Assembly: GCF_963921235.1 (NCBI RefSeq)
Contig: NC_086107.1
Location: 93,064,001 to 93,128,000 of the forward strand
Origin: Mobula hypostoma
Lineage: Eukaryota
DNA: 64,000 nt
Direction of reading: 5' to 3'
In this document: piece by piece, positions 13,049 to 26,705 of the stretch
How positions within the stretch are numbered: the stretch's first letter is position 1
Layout of the letters: each line of letters opens with the position of its first letter
The notes under the pieces: generated by a model
What the model saw: only the letters and a program-made list of their open reading frames with translations
The model's database searches: none
Told to the model about the DNA's origin: nothing
Translations under genes and position numbers: made by a program

Positions 13049-13382
13049 AGAAATTAATTCAGGAGGGAGGAGGAGACAGGCAAAAGTGTTTTTTGGGTGG
13101 GTCTACAAGAATCAGAGTCAGATTCAGGTGTATTATTCAAGAGAATATATTTAAAAGTTCTGGAGTAAATTAGGAAACACTTCAATTTGGTATGGTGCAA
13201 AATCTGACAAACAGTAATTACTTTGGACTTCATTATTAATTGTAATTTGAAGATTGATCAGATTTAACCTGAGTATTTAAGAGATCTGCAAAAAAGACAG
13301 GAATATGGAGTTGGGACGGATCAGCTGTGATTTCACTAAATAATGGAACAAGTTCAAAAAACTCTTTTGGTAATCATCACAC

Positions 13383-14365
13383 ACCAAAATCATATTTGCT
13401 TTCATCACCACTGACTCAACCCGTAAATTAACCTTCAGGGAATCTTGCAAAAGGACTCCCAAGTCTCGTTGCACCTCAGATTTTTGAGTTTTCTCTCTAT
13501 TTAGAAAATAGTCTATGCTTTTATTTCTTCTACCAAAATGCATGACCATACACTTCCTGACACTGTGTTTCATCTGCCACTTCTTTTTCCATTCTCCTAA
13601 TCTGTCTAAGTCCTTTGGTAGCCTTTCTACTTCCGCAAAACTATCTGCCCATCCACCTACCTTCGTATCGTCTACAAACTTGGCCACAAAGCAATCAATT
13701 CCATCATCCAAATCATTGACATATAATGTAAAGAGAAGTTGTCCCAACACAGACCCGTGGAACACCTCTAGTCGCCAACAGCCAACCAGAAAAGGCTCCC
13801 TTTAATCGCACCCATTGCCTCCTGCCAATCAGTGAATGTTCTTTCCATGCTAGTATATTTCCTGTAATAGCATGGGCTCTTATCTTGTTAAGTAGCCTCA
13901 CGTGTGGCACCTTGACAAAGGCCTTCTGAAAATCCAAGTACACAACGTCTACCGATTCTCCTCTGTCTATCCTGCTTGTTATTTCTTCAAAGAATTCCAA
14001 CAGATTTGTCAGTCAAGAACCATTGCAGAATCAACTGATTCTTGAAAGATCATTACTAATGCCTCCACAATCTCTTTAGCCACTTCTTTCAGAACCCTGG
14101 GGTGGACTAGGTGACTTATCTATCTTCAGACCTTTCAGTTTCCCAAGTATCTTTTCCCTAGTAATGGCAGCTTCACACACTTTTGCCGCCGACACTCTCA
14201 ACTTCTGGCATACTGCCAGTGTCTCCACAGTGAAGACTGATGCAGAACACTTATATGGTTCATCTGCCATTTCCATGTCCCTTATTACTACCTCTCCAGC
14301 ATCATTTTCCAGCGGTCCAAAATCTAATTCGCTTCTCTTTTACACTTATATTTTTGAAGAAGCTT
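13383..14365 (-). mobile_element. CR1 LINE RT fragment
   Basis: Minus-strand ORFs with DVVYLDFQKAF, GSVLG, AKFVDDTKVGG, QRDLGV. Confidence 0.9.
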
Positions 14366-14534
14366 CTGGTATCCAGTAAAATGCTGGAAATCTCTCCATG
14401 TTATTATCCCTGGACATCCTTCATGAGAGTGACTGCAGCAATTCAAGAAGGTAGCTCTCCACCTCCCTTGTGGAGGGTAATAAGGGACACACAATAAATA
14501 TTGCCCTTGTCTGTGATGCCCAGATCCAGAGTCT

Positions 14535-15103
14535 TTTTCAAGATGGTGCCAAGCTGCAGTCTCTGTCAGGGTCACACCTACAGCGTAGTTGTTTTAATTT
14601 TTTTTTTCATTTGTAGGGATGATCTTGGGGACAGAGTGGGGGGTTAGGGGTCAGGTTAGGGTTTAGGGACAAAGGTGCGGGGGAATTAGAGGCCAGGCTG
14701 GAGTCTAAGCCTCCACTTAACGTTTGGAGGCCAGCAACGTGGATGTGGTCAGTTGCTGGGTGGACAGACCAGCAAGGACGGAGGGCCTCTAGGTACACAA
14801 GTTAACGAGACTGGAGTTTGAAGCCTGGTGTACGGGGTCCCATCATTGGCGAGCGTGGAGCTCAGGGCTTGGAATTCAGAACCTCTTCCATCATCATTGG
14901 TGAGTCCTGGGTTGATACTAAAGATCGTAGCCCGAAGGTCAATTGGAAGTCCAGAACAAAGCCCAAAGATCGATTGAAAGTCCAGAAGTTCTTAAAGAAC
15001 TTGTGAACTGAGGCAGCACATCTGTGTTGGTTGTTAACATAAATGATGACTTTCACTGTATGTTTTGATGTACACATGATAAATAAATCTAAATCAGAAT
15101 CAG
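14535..15103 (+). mobile_element. Rex1-associated non-autonomous element
   Basis: Starts caagatggtgcc (Rex1-like 5' motif) and ends tgatgtacacatgataaataaatctaaatcagaatcagaat. The same 3' end occurs at ~43680-43862 and ~63820-64000. Confidence 0.5.
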
Positions 15104-15364
15104 AATAATTTCATAAACTGTGAGGCATATAGCTTTTAGCGTGGACCACACATAGAGGTAACATTCTCCTCAGGGTGTAGTGTTTGTTATGGGTGAAGTC
15201 ATACAGTCAGAGTAATACTGTACAGAAACAGGCCCTTTGGCCCATCTAATTCATGCTGAACCAGTCTCATCAACCCGCACCCAGACCGTAAGCCCTCCAT
15301 ACCTTCCCATCCATGTAGCTATCCAGATTTCACTTAAATACTGAAATTGTTATGAGCACCACAA

Positions 15365-15635
15365 AGCATAGCAGTAATGCGACACCATTACAGATCGGGG
15401 CGTCCCGGAGTTCAGAGTTCATTTCTAGCGCCATTCTGTAAGGAGCCTGTATGTTCTTCCTATGGAATGCATAGGTTTAATCGGGGTCCTCCTGCAGTCT
15501 AAAGATGGGTAGGTTAATTGTCATTGTAAATTGTCCTGTGAATAGGTTAAGGTTAGTTGGGTTTGTCAGGGTTTACTGGGCTGATGTGGCTTGTAGGACT
15601 GGAAGGGCTGCTCCACACTGCAACGCTAAATAAAT
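15365..15635 (+). mobile_element. tRNA-derived SINE (V-SINE/HE1-like)
   Basis: B-box-like gagttcattt, body ggttaattgtcattgtaaattgtcc, tail taaataaata. Confidence 0.6.
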
Positions 15636-15829
15636 ACAGACATTGAACCCGCATCCATCACTTCCTCCAGCAGCTTTATCCTAACTCTCACCACCCTCTG
15701 AGTGAAAAACTTCCCATCAAATGTTTCACCCTTAACCCATGACTTCTAATTCTAGTCTCGCCCAACCTCAGAGGAAAAAGCCAACTTGCATTTACCCTAT
15801 CTATACCTGTCAAAGGATATGATGACAAT

Positions 15830-16340
15830 GATGACATTGGAGAAGGTTCAAAGCAGGTTCCTGAACATTATTCCGGGATTGAAAGGCTTATCATATGAGG
15901 AGTGTTTGATGGCTCTGGGCCTGTACTCGAGGAGTTCAGAAGAATGAGGGGATCTTATTGAAAGCTACCAAATTTTGAAAAGCCTAGATAGAGCGAATAT
16001 GGAGAGGACGTTTGCTACGTTGGGAGAGTCTAGGACCAGAGGGCATAGCTTCAAAATAGAGGGATGTCCATTTAAAATGGAGATGAGGAGGCATTTCTTT
16101 AGCCAGAATGCGGTGAATCTGCGGAATTTGTTGTTACAGATGGCGACGAAGGACAAGTCATTGTGTATATTTAAGGTGGAGGTTTAGATTGTTGGTAAGT
16201 CAGGGCATGAAAAGTCATGGGGAGAATGCAGGAGAATGAAGTTGAGAGGGAAATAGATCAGGCATGATCAAATGGCAGAAAAGATTCAATGGGCTGAATG
16301 GCCTAATTCTCCTCCTATGTCTAATGGTCATAAGGTCTTA
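15830..16340 (+). mobile_element. CR1 3' fragment
   Basis: ORF 15975-16187 (ESRTRGHSFKIEG..FFSQ) plus CR1 3' UTR gaatggcctaattctcctcctatgtct. Confidence 0.85.
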
Positions 16341-17079
16341 TGATCATAATTTTGCATACCCCTATCAATTCTCTCCTTATTCTCCTATGCTCCATGGAAA
16401 AAAGTCCTAACTTATTCAATCAGGTCCTCCAGATCCAGCAACATCCTTGTGAATTTTCTTGGCACTCTTTCAATCTTATTGATATCTTTTCTTTAGGTAG
16501 GTGACCAAAACTTGACACAATACTCCAAATTCAGCCTCACCAATGTCTTCTACAATTATAATAACATCTCAACTCCCGTACTCAATACTTTGATATGTGA
16601 AGGTCAATGTGCCAAAAGCTCTCTTTATGGCTCTATCTACCTGTGATACCACTTTCAAGGAATTATGTATCTGTATTCCCAGAACCTTCTGTTCTACCGT
16701 ACTCCTCAGAAGTCACCATAGAAGTCCTACCCTAGTTTGTCCTCCCAAAGTACAACATTTCAAATTTCTCTGCATTAAATTCTACCTGCCATTTCTCAAC
16801 CCATTTTCCAGCTGCTCCAGATCCCAATGCAAGCTGTGATAGCCTTCCTCGCTGTCCAATGCACACCCAGTCTTGGTGTGTCATCCGCAAATTTGCTGAT
16901 CCAGTTAACCGCAATGCCATCCAGATTGCTGATAAAGATGACAAACAGCAATGGACCCAGCACCGATCCCTGCGGCATTCCACCAGTCACAGGCCTCCAG
17001 TTAGATAGGTAACCATCTACTGCCACTCTCTGGTTTCTCCAACAAAACCAATTTCTAATACAACTTACTGCCTCATCTT

Positions 17080-19089
17080 AATTACAATTGATCCAGATAT
17101 TATGGGTTTTAGAGTTAATCAGGAGGAATATAAAATTAATCTTTTTGCCGATGATGTTTTGATCTATTTAACAAATCCACAACATTCGTTACATAAATTA
17201 TCTTCTAGATTGGATGAATATGGGAAGGTATCAGGTTACAAAATAAATTGGGATAAAAGTGAAATTTTACCTCTTACTAAAGGAGACTATAGTCAATATC
17301 GATTAGTAACCCAATTTAGATGGCCGGTAAATGGTATAAAGTATTTAGGTATAAGACTTGATAATGATCTAAAGAATTTATATAAATTTAACTATTTACC
17401 ACTATTAAAAAAAATTCAAGAAGATCTTGACAAATGGATGATATTACCAATAACATTAGTAGGTAGAGTCAATGTTGTAAAAATGAATATATTTCCTAGA
17501 TTACAGTATTTGTTTCAAACATTACCAATACAATTGCCACAGAAATTTTTTCAAGAGTTAAATAATTGTGTGAGAAAATTTCTTTGGAAAGGTAAAATGT
17601 CAAGAATATCATTGGAAAAATTGACATGTAAATTTGGGTTAGGAGGGTTACAACTTCCAAACTTTAAAAACTATTATAAAGCAAATCAACTTAGATTTAT
17701 TGCATCTTTCTTCGATGATCGAAAACCAGCATGGATTAAAATAGAACTAGACAAGATAGGAGAAAATAGACCTGAAGATTTTATATATAAATGGGAATTT
17801 AAATCGATACGGGAAAAGAAAGAATCTCCTATATTAACACATTTGATTGATCTATGGAATAAGATAAATGTTGATAATGAAACACAGAAATCTCTATTAG
17901 CAAGGAGACCTTCGTTCCAAAACAGACTTATTCCTTTTACAATGGACAATCAACTTTTATATAATTGGTACCAAAAAGGGATTAAATTTATAGGAGATTG
18001 TTTTGAACGAGGTATATTGATGTCATTTGAACAATTAAAGGATAAATATAAAATATCTAATAATACTTTCTTTTGTTACTTTCAATTAAGGGCTTACTTA
18101 AAAGGTAAGCTGGGTCAAACAATGTTTTTGCCAAAACCTAATGAAATTGAAATTTTAATTCAAAAAGGGAAAATTAAAAAATTTATTTCTTGTATGTATA
18201 ATTTGATTCAAGAACAGACAATTAAACAAGGAACCCATAAGTCAAAGCAAAAATGGGAAACAGATCTGAATATTATTATTGATGAAACAAATTGGTCAAG
18301 ACTTTGTCTTGACAGTATGACAAATACAATAAATGTTCGACTTAGATTAGTACAATATAATTTTTACACTAATTATATATTACACCGCAAAAAATAAATA
18401 GATTAAATTTAAATCTATCTGATAAATGTTTTCGGTGTAATCAAGAAATTGGTACTTTTTTACATTCTTCTTGGTCTTTTTTTAAAATTCAACCCTTCTG
18501 GATAAATTTAAGAATCTTATTGGAACAAATTACTGCAACTCAACTTCCACATAACCCTGTATTATTTTTATTAGGTGATATTGAAGGGATAAAACCGAAA
18601 CTTAAATTGAATAAATATCAGAAAGAATTTATAAAAATTGCATTGGCAGTAGCTAAGAAGACTATAGCAGTTACTTGGAAATCTGATTCGTATTTAAGTA
18701 TGGATCATTGGAATAATGAAATGGCTAGTTCTATTCCACTCGAAAAAATTACTTATAATTTAAGAGATAGATTGTAACATTTTTGAATATTTGGCACCCT
18801 TATTTACAAAAGATAGGATGGCATATTTAAGTGCTCTGATAAAGACTTTGGTCACTTGGGAAAAGTAACGAATAATTATACCAAATTTATTTTGAATCCC
18901 ATGGAGCATGTGGAAACCTTCCAATACCCAGGCGGTTCTTTTCTTTTTTTTTCTTTTTTTTCTTTTTCTTTCTTTTTAGGTAGGACTATATATGGGGGGG
19001 GGAGGGTTAAGGGGAGAGGGGAGGGTAGATTCTTTTTTTTCATGTATTCTTTTTGAAAATTCAATAAAAATTATATTACAAAAAAAAAA
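17080..19089 (+). mobile_element. 5'-truncated L1-clade LINE with polyA tail and 19-bp TSD
   Basis: TSD caacttactgcctcatctt at 17061-17079 and 19090-19108. AATAAA at 19063 followed by an A tail. T-rich then G-rich 3' UTR. Markedly AT-rich. Confidence 0.95.
17102..18397 (+). pseudogene. L1 ORF2 remnant (RT C-terminal half to zinc knuckle)
   Basis: LFADD, GYKINWDKS, IKYLGI, GGLQLPN. A frameshift near 18360 precedes the CFRCxxxxGTFLHSSWS knuckle. Confidence 0.92.
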
Positions 19090-19524
19090 CAACTTACTGC
19101 CTCATCTTCAATGCTAAGCAACGGAATCTTCTTGACCAACCTCCAATGCGGGAGCTTGTCAAAGACCTTGCTAAAGTCCATGTAGCCAACATCCACTGCC
19201 TTGCCTTCATCAGCTTACCTGATAACTTCCTTGAAAATTTCTATAATATTGGTTGGACGTAACCTGCCATGCACAAACCCAAGATGACTATCTGTAATTA
19301 GTCCCTGTCTATCCAAATACTTATATATCCGGTTCCTTGGATTACCTTCCAATTACTTTCCCCTCACTGATGTCAGGCTTACCAGCCTATAACTTCCTGA
19401 CTTATTCTGAGAGCCTTTCTTAAACAATGGGAACAACATTAGCTATCATCCAATCCTCCAGCAACTCACCCATGGCTAAGGACACTTTAAATATCTCTAA
19501 TTATGCATTGGGAACTTTTGTAAA

Positions 19525-21630
19525 CTAGGAACAGATGTTCTCAGGGAAATGTACGGAAGAAATGTGGTAAATGTTCAGGGGATATTTGTGTGGAGTTCTG
19601 CATAGTATGTTCCAATGAGACAGGGAAAGGATGGTAGGGTACAGGAACCGTGGTGTACAAAGGCTGTTGTACATCTAGTCAAGAACAAAAGAAGAGCTAA
19701 TGAAAGGTTCAAAAAACTAGGTAATGATAGAGATTGAGAAGATTATAAGGCTTGCAGGAAGGAGCTTAAGAAAGAAATTAGGAGAGCCAGAAGGGGCCAT
19801 GAGTAGGTCTTGGCAGACAGGATTAAGGAAAACCCCAAGGCGTTCTACAAGTATTTGAAGAGCAAGAGGATAAGATGTGAGAGAACAGGACCAATCAAGT
19901 GTGACAGTGGAAAAGTGTGTATGGAACTGGAGGAGATAGTAGAGGTATTTATTGAGTACTTTGCTTCAGTATTCACTACGGAAAAGGATCTTAGCAATTG
20001 TGGAGATGACTTACAGTAGACTGAAAAGCTTGAGCATGTAGATAATAAGAAAGAGGAGCTTTTGGAAAGCATCAAGTTGGATAAGTCACCGGGACTGGAC
20101 AAGATGTACCCCGGGCTACTGTGGGAGGCGAGGGAGGAGATTGCTGAGCCTCTGACGATGATCTTTGCATTATCACTGGGGACAGGAGAGGATTGGAGGG
20201 TTGCGGATGTTGTTCTATTATTCAAGAAAGGAAGTAGAGATAGCCCAGGAAATTATAGACCAGTGAGTCTTAATTCAGTGGTTGGTAAGTTGATGGAGAA
20301 GATCCTGAGAGGCAGGATTTATGAACATTTGGACAGGCGTAATATGATTAGGAATAGTCATCATGGCTTTGTCAAAGGCAGGTCATGCCTTATAAGCCTG
20401 ATTGAATTTTTTGAGGATGTGACTAAACACATTGATGAAGGTAGAGTAGTAGATGTAGTATATATGGATTTCAGCAAGGCATTTGGCAAGGTACCCCATG
20501 CAAGGCTTATTGAGAAGGTAAGGAGGCATGGGATCCAAGGGGATTTTGCTTTCTGGATCCAGAACTGGCTTGCCCACAGAAGGCAAAGACTGGTTGTAGA
20601 CAGGTCATATTCTGTATGGAGGTTGGTTACTAGTGGTGTACCTCAGGGATCTGGGACCCCCACTCTTCGTGATTTTTATAAATGACCTTGATGAGGAAGT
20701 GGAGGGATGGGTTAGTAAGTTTGCTGATGACACAAAGGTTGGTGGTGTTGTGGATTGTGTGAAGGGCTGTCAGAGGTTACAGCGGGACATTGATAGGATG
20801 CAAGACTGGGCTAAGAAGTGGCAGATGGAGTTCAACCCAAATAAGTGTGAGGTGGTTCATTTTGGTAGGTCAAATATGATGACAGGATATAGTATTAATG
20901 GTAAGACTCTTTGCAGTGTGGCGGATCAAAGGGATCTTGGGGTCTGAGTCCATAGGACACTCAAAGCTGTTGCGCAGGTTGACTCTGCGTATAAGAAAGC
21001 ATACGGTGCATTGGCCTTCATCAATCGTAGGATTCAGCTTAGGAGCTGAGAGGTAATGTTGCTGCTAAAAAGGACCCTAGTCAGACCCCACTTGGAGTAC
21101 TGTGCTCAGTTCTGGTTGTCTCACTGTAGGAATGATGTGGAAACCATAGAAAGGGTGCCAAGGAGATTTATAAGGATGTTGCCTGGATTGGGGAGCATGC
21201 CTTATGAGAATAGATTGAATGAAGTTGGCCTTTTTTCCTTGGAGCGATGGAGGATGGGAGGTGACCTGATAGAGGTGTATAAGATGATGAGAGGCGTTGA
21301 TCATGTGGAAAGTCAGTGGCTTTCTCCCAGGGCTGAAATGGCTGCCACAAGAGGGCACAGTTTTAAGGTGCTGGAGAGTAGGTACAGAGGAGATGTCAGG
21401 GGTAGGTTTTTTACTCAGAGAGTGGTGACTGGGTGGAATGGGCTGCCGGCCACTGTGGTGGAGGTGGATACGACAGGGTCTCTTAAGAGACTCCTGGACA
21501 GGTAAATGAAGCGCAGAAAAATAGAGGGCTATGGGTAACCCTAGGTAATTTCTAAAGTAAGGACATGTTAGGCAGAGCTTTGTGGGCTGAAGGGCCTGTA
21601 TTGTGCTGTAGGTTTTCTATGTCTCTATGT
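19525..21630 (+). mobile_element. CR1 LINE, 5'-truncated, same family as 4313-7936
   Basis: Closely similar to 5805-7936. RT motifs in ORFs 20062-20685 and 20633-20947; tail ctatgtctctatgtt. Confidence 0.95.
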
Positions 21631-22166
21631 TATATCTGCTGTGCACCTCCTTCTTCTTCCTAACCAGAGCCTCAATATCTCTCAAATACCAAGGTTCTCT
21701 AAATCTATCATCCTTGCCTTATTCTGACAGGAACGTACAAGCACTGTACTCAATACTTCACTTTTGAAGGCCTTCCACTTACCAAGTACTGTACATCTTT
21801 GCCAGAAAGCAACTGTCCCAATCCACACTTGCCAGATCCTTTCTGGTACCATCAAAAATTTGTCTTTCTCCAATTTAGAACCTTAACCCAAGGACCAGAC
21901 CTTTTCCCTTTCCATAATTACCTTGTAACTAGGGGCATTATGATCACTCGATGCAAAGGGTTTCCTTACTCAAACTTCTGTTACCTGCCCAGACTCATTC
22001 CCTAATAGGAGATCCAGTATCACACTTTTTCTAGTTGGGACTTCTAGTTGAAACTTTCCTGAACACCTTTGACAAACTCAATTCCATCCATCCTTTTTAC
22101 AGTTTGGAAGTACCAGTCAATATGTGGAAAGTTAAAATCATCTACTAACACAAACTTATGTTTCTT

Positions 22167-22341
22167 CCAACACACATAAAAGTTGCTGGTGGGCGCAGCA
22201 GGCCAGGCAGCATCTCTAGGAAGAGGTACAGTCAACGTTTCGGGCAGAGTCTCTTCCTAGAGACGCTGCCTGGCCTGCTGCATTCACCAGCAACTTTTAT
22301 GTGTGTTGCTTGAAATTCCAGCATCTGCAGATTTCCTTGTG
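22167..22341. mobile_element. Penelope-derived palindromic mini-element with 12-bp TSD
   Basis: Inverted arms caacacacataaaagttgctggtg... and ...caccagcaacttttatgtgtgttg. TSD cttatgtttctt at 22155 and 22342. Confidence 0.8.
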
Positions 22342-23421
22342 CTTATGTTTCTTGCAACTGCCTGCGATCGCTCTACAAATTTGCATCTCTAAATCCCTCA
22401 CTGTTGGGTGGTCTGAAGTATAATTTAATTAATATGATTATCCCTTTCTTATTCTTCATTTCTACCCATAAAAGCACAATAGATGAGCTCACCCGTCTAT
22501 TCTGGCTGAACACTGCCTTGATATGTTCCCTGACCAATAGTGCCACCCCTCTCCCTTTAATCCCCTCCCTCCACCACTCTATCACATCTAAAACAACAGA
22601 ACTCTGGAATATTGAGCTGCCAGTCCTGCCCCTCCTGCAACCAAGTCTCACTAATCACTACAGTATCATAATTCCAGGTGCTGATCCATGCACCAAGCTC
22701 ATCCACCTTTCCTACAATACTCCTTGCATTGAAATATACACAACTCAGAACACTAGTTCCACCATGTCCAATCTTTCAGTTCCTGACTTGGTATGCAGGC
22801 TTAACAACATCTTTCCCCAGAATCGCTCCTCTATCTGCTCTGGTACTTCGTAATCTATCCTCTGCAACCCCAACCCCAACCCCCATGCAGTACTAGCAAA
22901 CCTTCCCACAAGGATATTTGTCCCCCTCCAGTTCGGGTGGAAACTGTCCCATCTATACAGTTTCTACCTTCCCTGGAAGAGAGCCCAATGATCCAAAAAC
23001 CTGAAGACTTCCCTTTTGCACCAGCTCCTAAGCCACATGTTAAACAGCATGATCTTCCGATTTATGCTGTCACTAGCACGTGGTATGAGTAGCAATCCTG
23101 AGATCACAACCCTGGAGGTCCTGTCCTTTAACTTAGCCCCTAACTCCCTGAACTCACTCAGCAGAACCTCATCAGCCATCATACCCATGTAACTGGTACC
23201 AACATGGACCAGACCTCTGGCTGCTCACCCTTCCACTAAATAATACAATGAATTTGATCCAAGGTGTCCCTGACCCTGGCATCCAGGAAGGAACATGCCA
23301 TCCAGGAATCTGGTTTTTGTTCTCCTGTCTGTTCCCCTAAACATTGAATCCTCTATTACTACAGCTCTCATCTTCTCCCTCCTTCCTTTTGAAAGCACAG
23401 AGCCAGGCCCAGTGCCAGAGA

Positions 23422-25124
23422 ATTAACTGAATTGAGTTGACTTTATTTCTTACATCCTTCACATACGTATGGAGTAAAAATCTTTACATTACATCTCTGT
23501 CTGAATGTGCAATGTGCAAATTATAGAAATTGGTAATAAATAGTATGTACAGTCAGATATACAATAGGACAGTCAATATCACTTAGAAATAAAATTGTGT
23601 CAGCGTCAATTAATCAGTCTGATGGCCTGGTGGAAGAAGCTGTCCCGGAGCCTGTTGGTCCTGGCTTTTATGCTGCGGTACCATTTCCCGGATGGTAGCA
23701 GATGGAACAGTTTGTGGTTGGGGTGACTCAGGTCCCCAGTGATCCTTCGGGCCTTTTTTACACATCTGTCTTTGTAAATGTCCTGAATAGTGGGAGTTTC
23801 ACATCCACAGATGCGCTGGGCTGTCCGCACCACTCTCTGCAGAGTCCTGTGATTGAGGGAAATACAGTTCCCATACCAGGCAGTGATGCAGCCAGTCAGG
23901 ATGCTCTCAACTGTGCCCCTGTAGAAAGTCCTCAGGATCTGGGGACTCATGCCAAACTTCTTCAACTGTCTGAGGTGAAAGAGACGCTGTTGTGCTTTAT
24001 TCACCACACAGCCGGTACGTACAGACCACATGAGGGTCCTTGGTGATGTGTATACCGAAGAACCTAAAGCTGTTCAAACTCTCAAACCCCAAATCCATTG
24101 ATGTCAATAGGGGTTAGCCTGTCTCCATTCCTCCTGTAGTCCACAACCAGCTCCTTAGTTTTTGCAACATTGAGGGAGAGGTTGTTTTCTTGACACCACT
24201 GTGTCAGGGTGATGACTTCTCTGTAGGCTGCCTCATTATTATTTGAGGTAAGGCCAATCAATAAGCATCATCTGCAAATTTAATTAGCTGATTGGAGCTG
24301 TGGGTGGTGACACAGTCATGAGTGTACAGAGAGTAAAAGAGGGGGCTTGGTACACAGCCCTGGGAGGGGTGGGCTCCTGTGTTGTGGGTCAGAGGGGCAG
24401 ATGTGAGGGAGCCCACTCTTGCCACCTGCCGGTGATCTGACAGGGAGTCCAGGATCCAGCTGCACAAGGCAGGGTGAAGGCCGATGTCTCTGAGCTTCTT
24501 GTCGAGCCTGGAGGGAACTATGGTGTTGAATGCTGAACTGTAGTCCAAGAACAGCATTCTCACATAAGCGTCCTTCTTCTCCAGATGTATAGGGACGGTG
24601 TGTACAGCTGTGGCTATTGTGTCATCTGTTGTTTGGTTATGTCGGTAGGTGAATTGTAGAGTCCAGTGTGGGTGGTAGCAAGCTGCAGATGTAGTCCTTG
24701 TCCAGCCTCTCAAAGCATTTGTTTATTATTGAGGTGAGTGCGACAGGACGCCAGTCATTCAGACATGTTACCTTGGTCTTTTCAGGTACAGGGACAATGG
24801 TGGACGTTTTGAAACAGGAGAACACTCTACACAGGGAGAGGGAGAGACTAAAAATGTCTGTAAACACACCTGCCAGTTGGGCCGCGCACTCTGAGTACCC
24901 GCCCTGGGATGCCGCCCGGTCCCGCAGCCTTGTGACTGTCCATTCGTCGGAAACACTTGCGTACTTCAGCCTCAGAGATGACTAAGGGGCATATTACTTC
25001 GGGGGTTCACTGTAGGCGATATCGAACCGAACGTAAAAAAAAATTTAGCTCATCTGGGAGAGAGGCAGCGATGTCGGCAGCACCACTGCATTTAGCTTTG
25101 AGGTCTGCAATGGTGTGCAGACCT
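23422..25124 (-). mobile_element. Rex1/Babar LINE, 5'-truncated, inserted in CR1 ORF1
   Basis: Minus-strand ORFs with [43 protein letters not shown]. Flanking duplication tgccagaga at 23413 and 25125. Confidence 0.92.
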
Positions 25125-25133
25125 TGCCAGAGA

Positions 25134-25501
25134 CCTGACTGCTGTGACTTTTCTCTGTTAAATCTACCCCACAAACAGTATCCAAAGCGATATGTTGTTG
25201 AGGGGGATGGCCACAGGGGTACTGGCTGCCTATCCCCTTTGCCCCTCCTGATGGTCACCCAGTTATCTGTGTCCGGCACCTTCAGTGTGACTATCTCCCT
25301 GTACGTCCTATTGATCAAACTTTCAACTTCCTGAATGATCCGCAGTTCATCCAGTTCCAGCTCCAGCTCCTTAACACAGTCAGAAAGAAGCTGCAGCTCG
25401 ATGCACTTCTTGCAGTTGTATTTGTCAGGGACACTGGAGGGCTCCCTGCCTTCCCACATCCTACAAGTGGAGCATTCCACTATCCTGCCTGCCATCCCCA
25501 C
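25134..25501 (-). pseudogene. CR1 ORF1 N-terminus (zinc finger and leucine zipper)
   Basis: VECSTCRMWE...YNCKKCIELQLLSDCVKELELELDELRII. Confidence 0.85.
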
Positions 25502-25889
25502 TGCTCCAACTGTGCAATGAGAAAGAAGGAAAAAAATCTACCAACTACCTCAGCCTCTCATCACTGAAACCTCTATGAACCAAAGCCTGAACTCACCATT
25601 CTAATACCGGCCCACTCACACAATAGCCACTCTGCTTAAACCTAACTTCCTTTTATTGGTCCTTGCCAAGTGCCTAATTATGCATAATCCAACATCTCCA
25701 AGGGAACTGCGGCACACAAAATGTCCCTACTGCCCCCACTCACTTCTTTTGAATTCTCTCTCCCGATCCACAATCCAACATCTCTTTGGGAACTGTGTTG
25801 TGCAAAATTCCATCGAGCAAACATTGCAGAGTGCCTACAGCCATTTTGAGTGACCACAGTGATGAGGAAACTACATCTGGAGACGACTG

Positions 25890-26135
25890 GAAGAAAAGCC
25901 CTCAACCCATGTATTATATTTAACACTAGTCTAATCACAGGACGATTCACAATGACTAATTATCCTACTAACCAGTACATCTTTGGACTGTGGGAGGAAA
26001 CTGGAGCACCCAGAGGAAACCCATGCGGTCACGTAGAGAACTTACAAATTCTTTATGGAGGATACCGGAAGTGAACTCCGAATTCCAGAATGTCCTAAGC
26101 TTTAATTTTGTCGTGCTAACCCGTACACTACTGTA
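25890..26135 (-). mobile_element. tRNA-derived SINE (V-SINE/HE1-like)
   Basis: tctttggactgtgggaggaaactggagcacccagaggaaacccatgcggtcac is the reverse complement of the SINE body. Confidence 0.7.
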
Positions 26136-26705
26136 GCATTCTCATGGGCTATGATATAATGAGACTATTTCGGTGCTGCACAATGTGCAGGTATATCAGG
26201 TAGGAGCAGAAGCCTGCAGTTGTGTGTATGTCTGCATGCCTGTGTCTGTATGTTTCTATGTGTACGTGTTTGTGTTTGTGTCTGTATGCCTGTATGTGTG
26301 TATGAATCAGAAATGGGTTTACTATCACTGACTTATATGACATGAACATTGTTATTTTGAGGCAGCAGTACGATACAAGGACATAAAAATTATTGTAAAT
26401 TACAAAAATGAATAAATAATGCAAAACAAAAGGAATAACAAGGTAGTGTTCATGGTCTTATGGGTACTCTGTGTGTGTGTAAATCAGTGTCTATGTGCAT
26501 ACATGTGTATTTGTGTGTGTCTGTATATGTGTGTTTATATATCTGTATACAAGCACAAGACCATAAAATTCAAGAATTTTCCTGATCTACTTGATCTGAC
26601 CTCATGTCTAAATGAATTCTGATTCTTCACCTATTTAGATCCTTCAAGGAATCTCTTTTCTTTTTCTCACATTGTTCTCTCTGTCTGTCTGTCTGTCTCT
26701 CTCTC

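Larger units (their letters stand above)
15200..25700 (-). mobile_element. Old, near full-length CR1 fragmented by at least six later insertions
   Basis: Minus-strand pieces in order: ORF1 zinc finger/zipper (25134-25501), esterase (22964-23188), EN (21640-22760), RT (16340-17079 and 19109-19495), 3' end (15200-15345 and 15640-15810). Confidence 0.75.
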
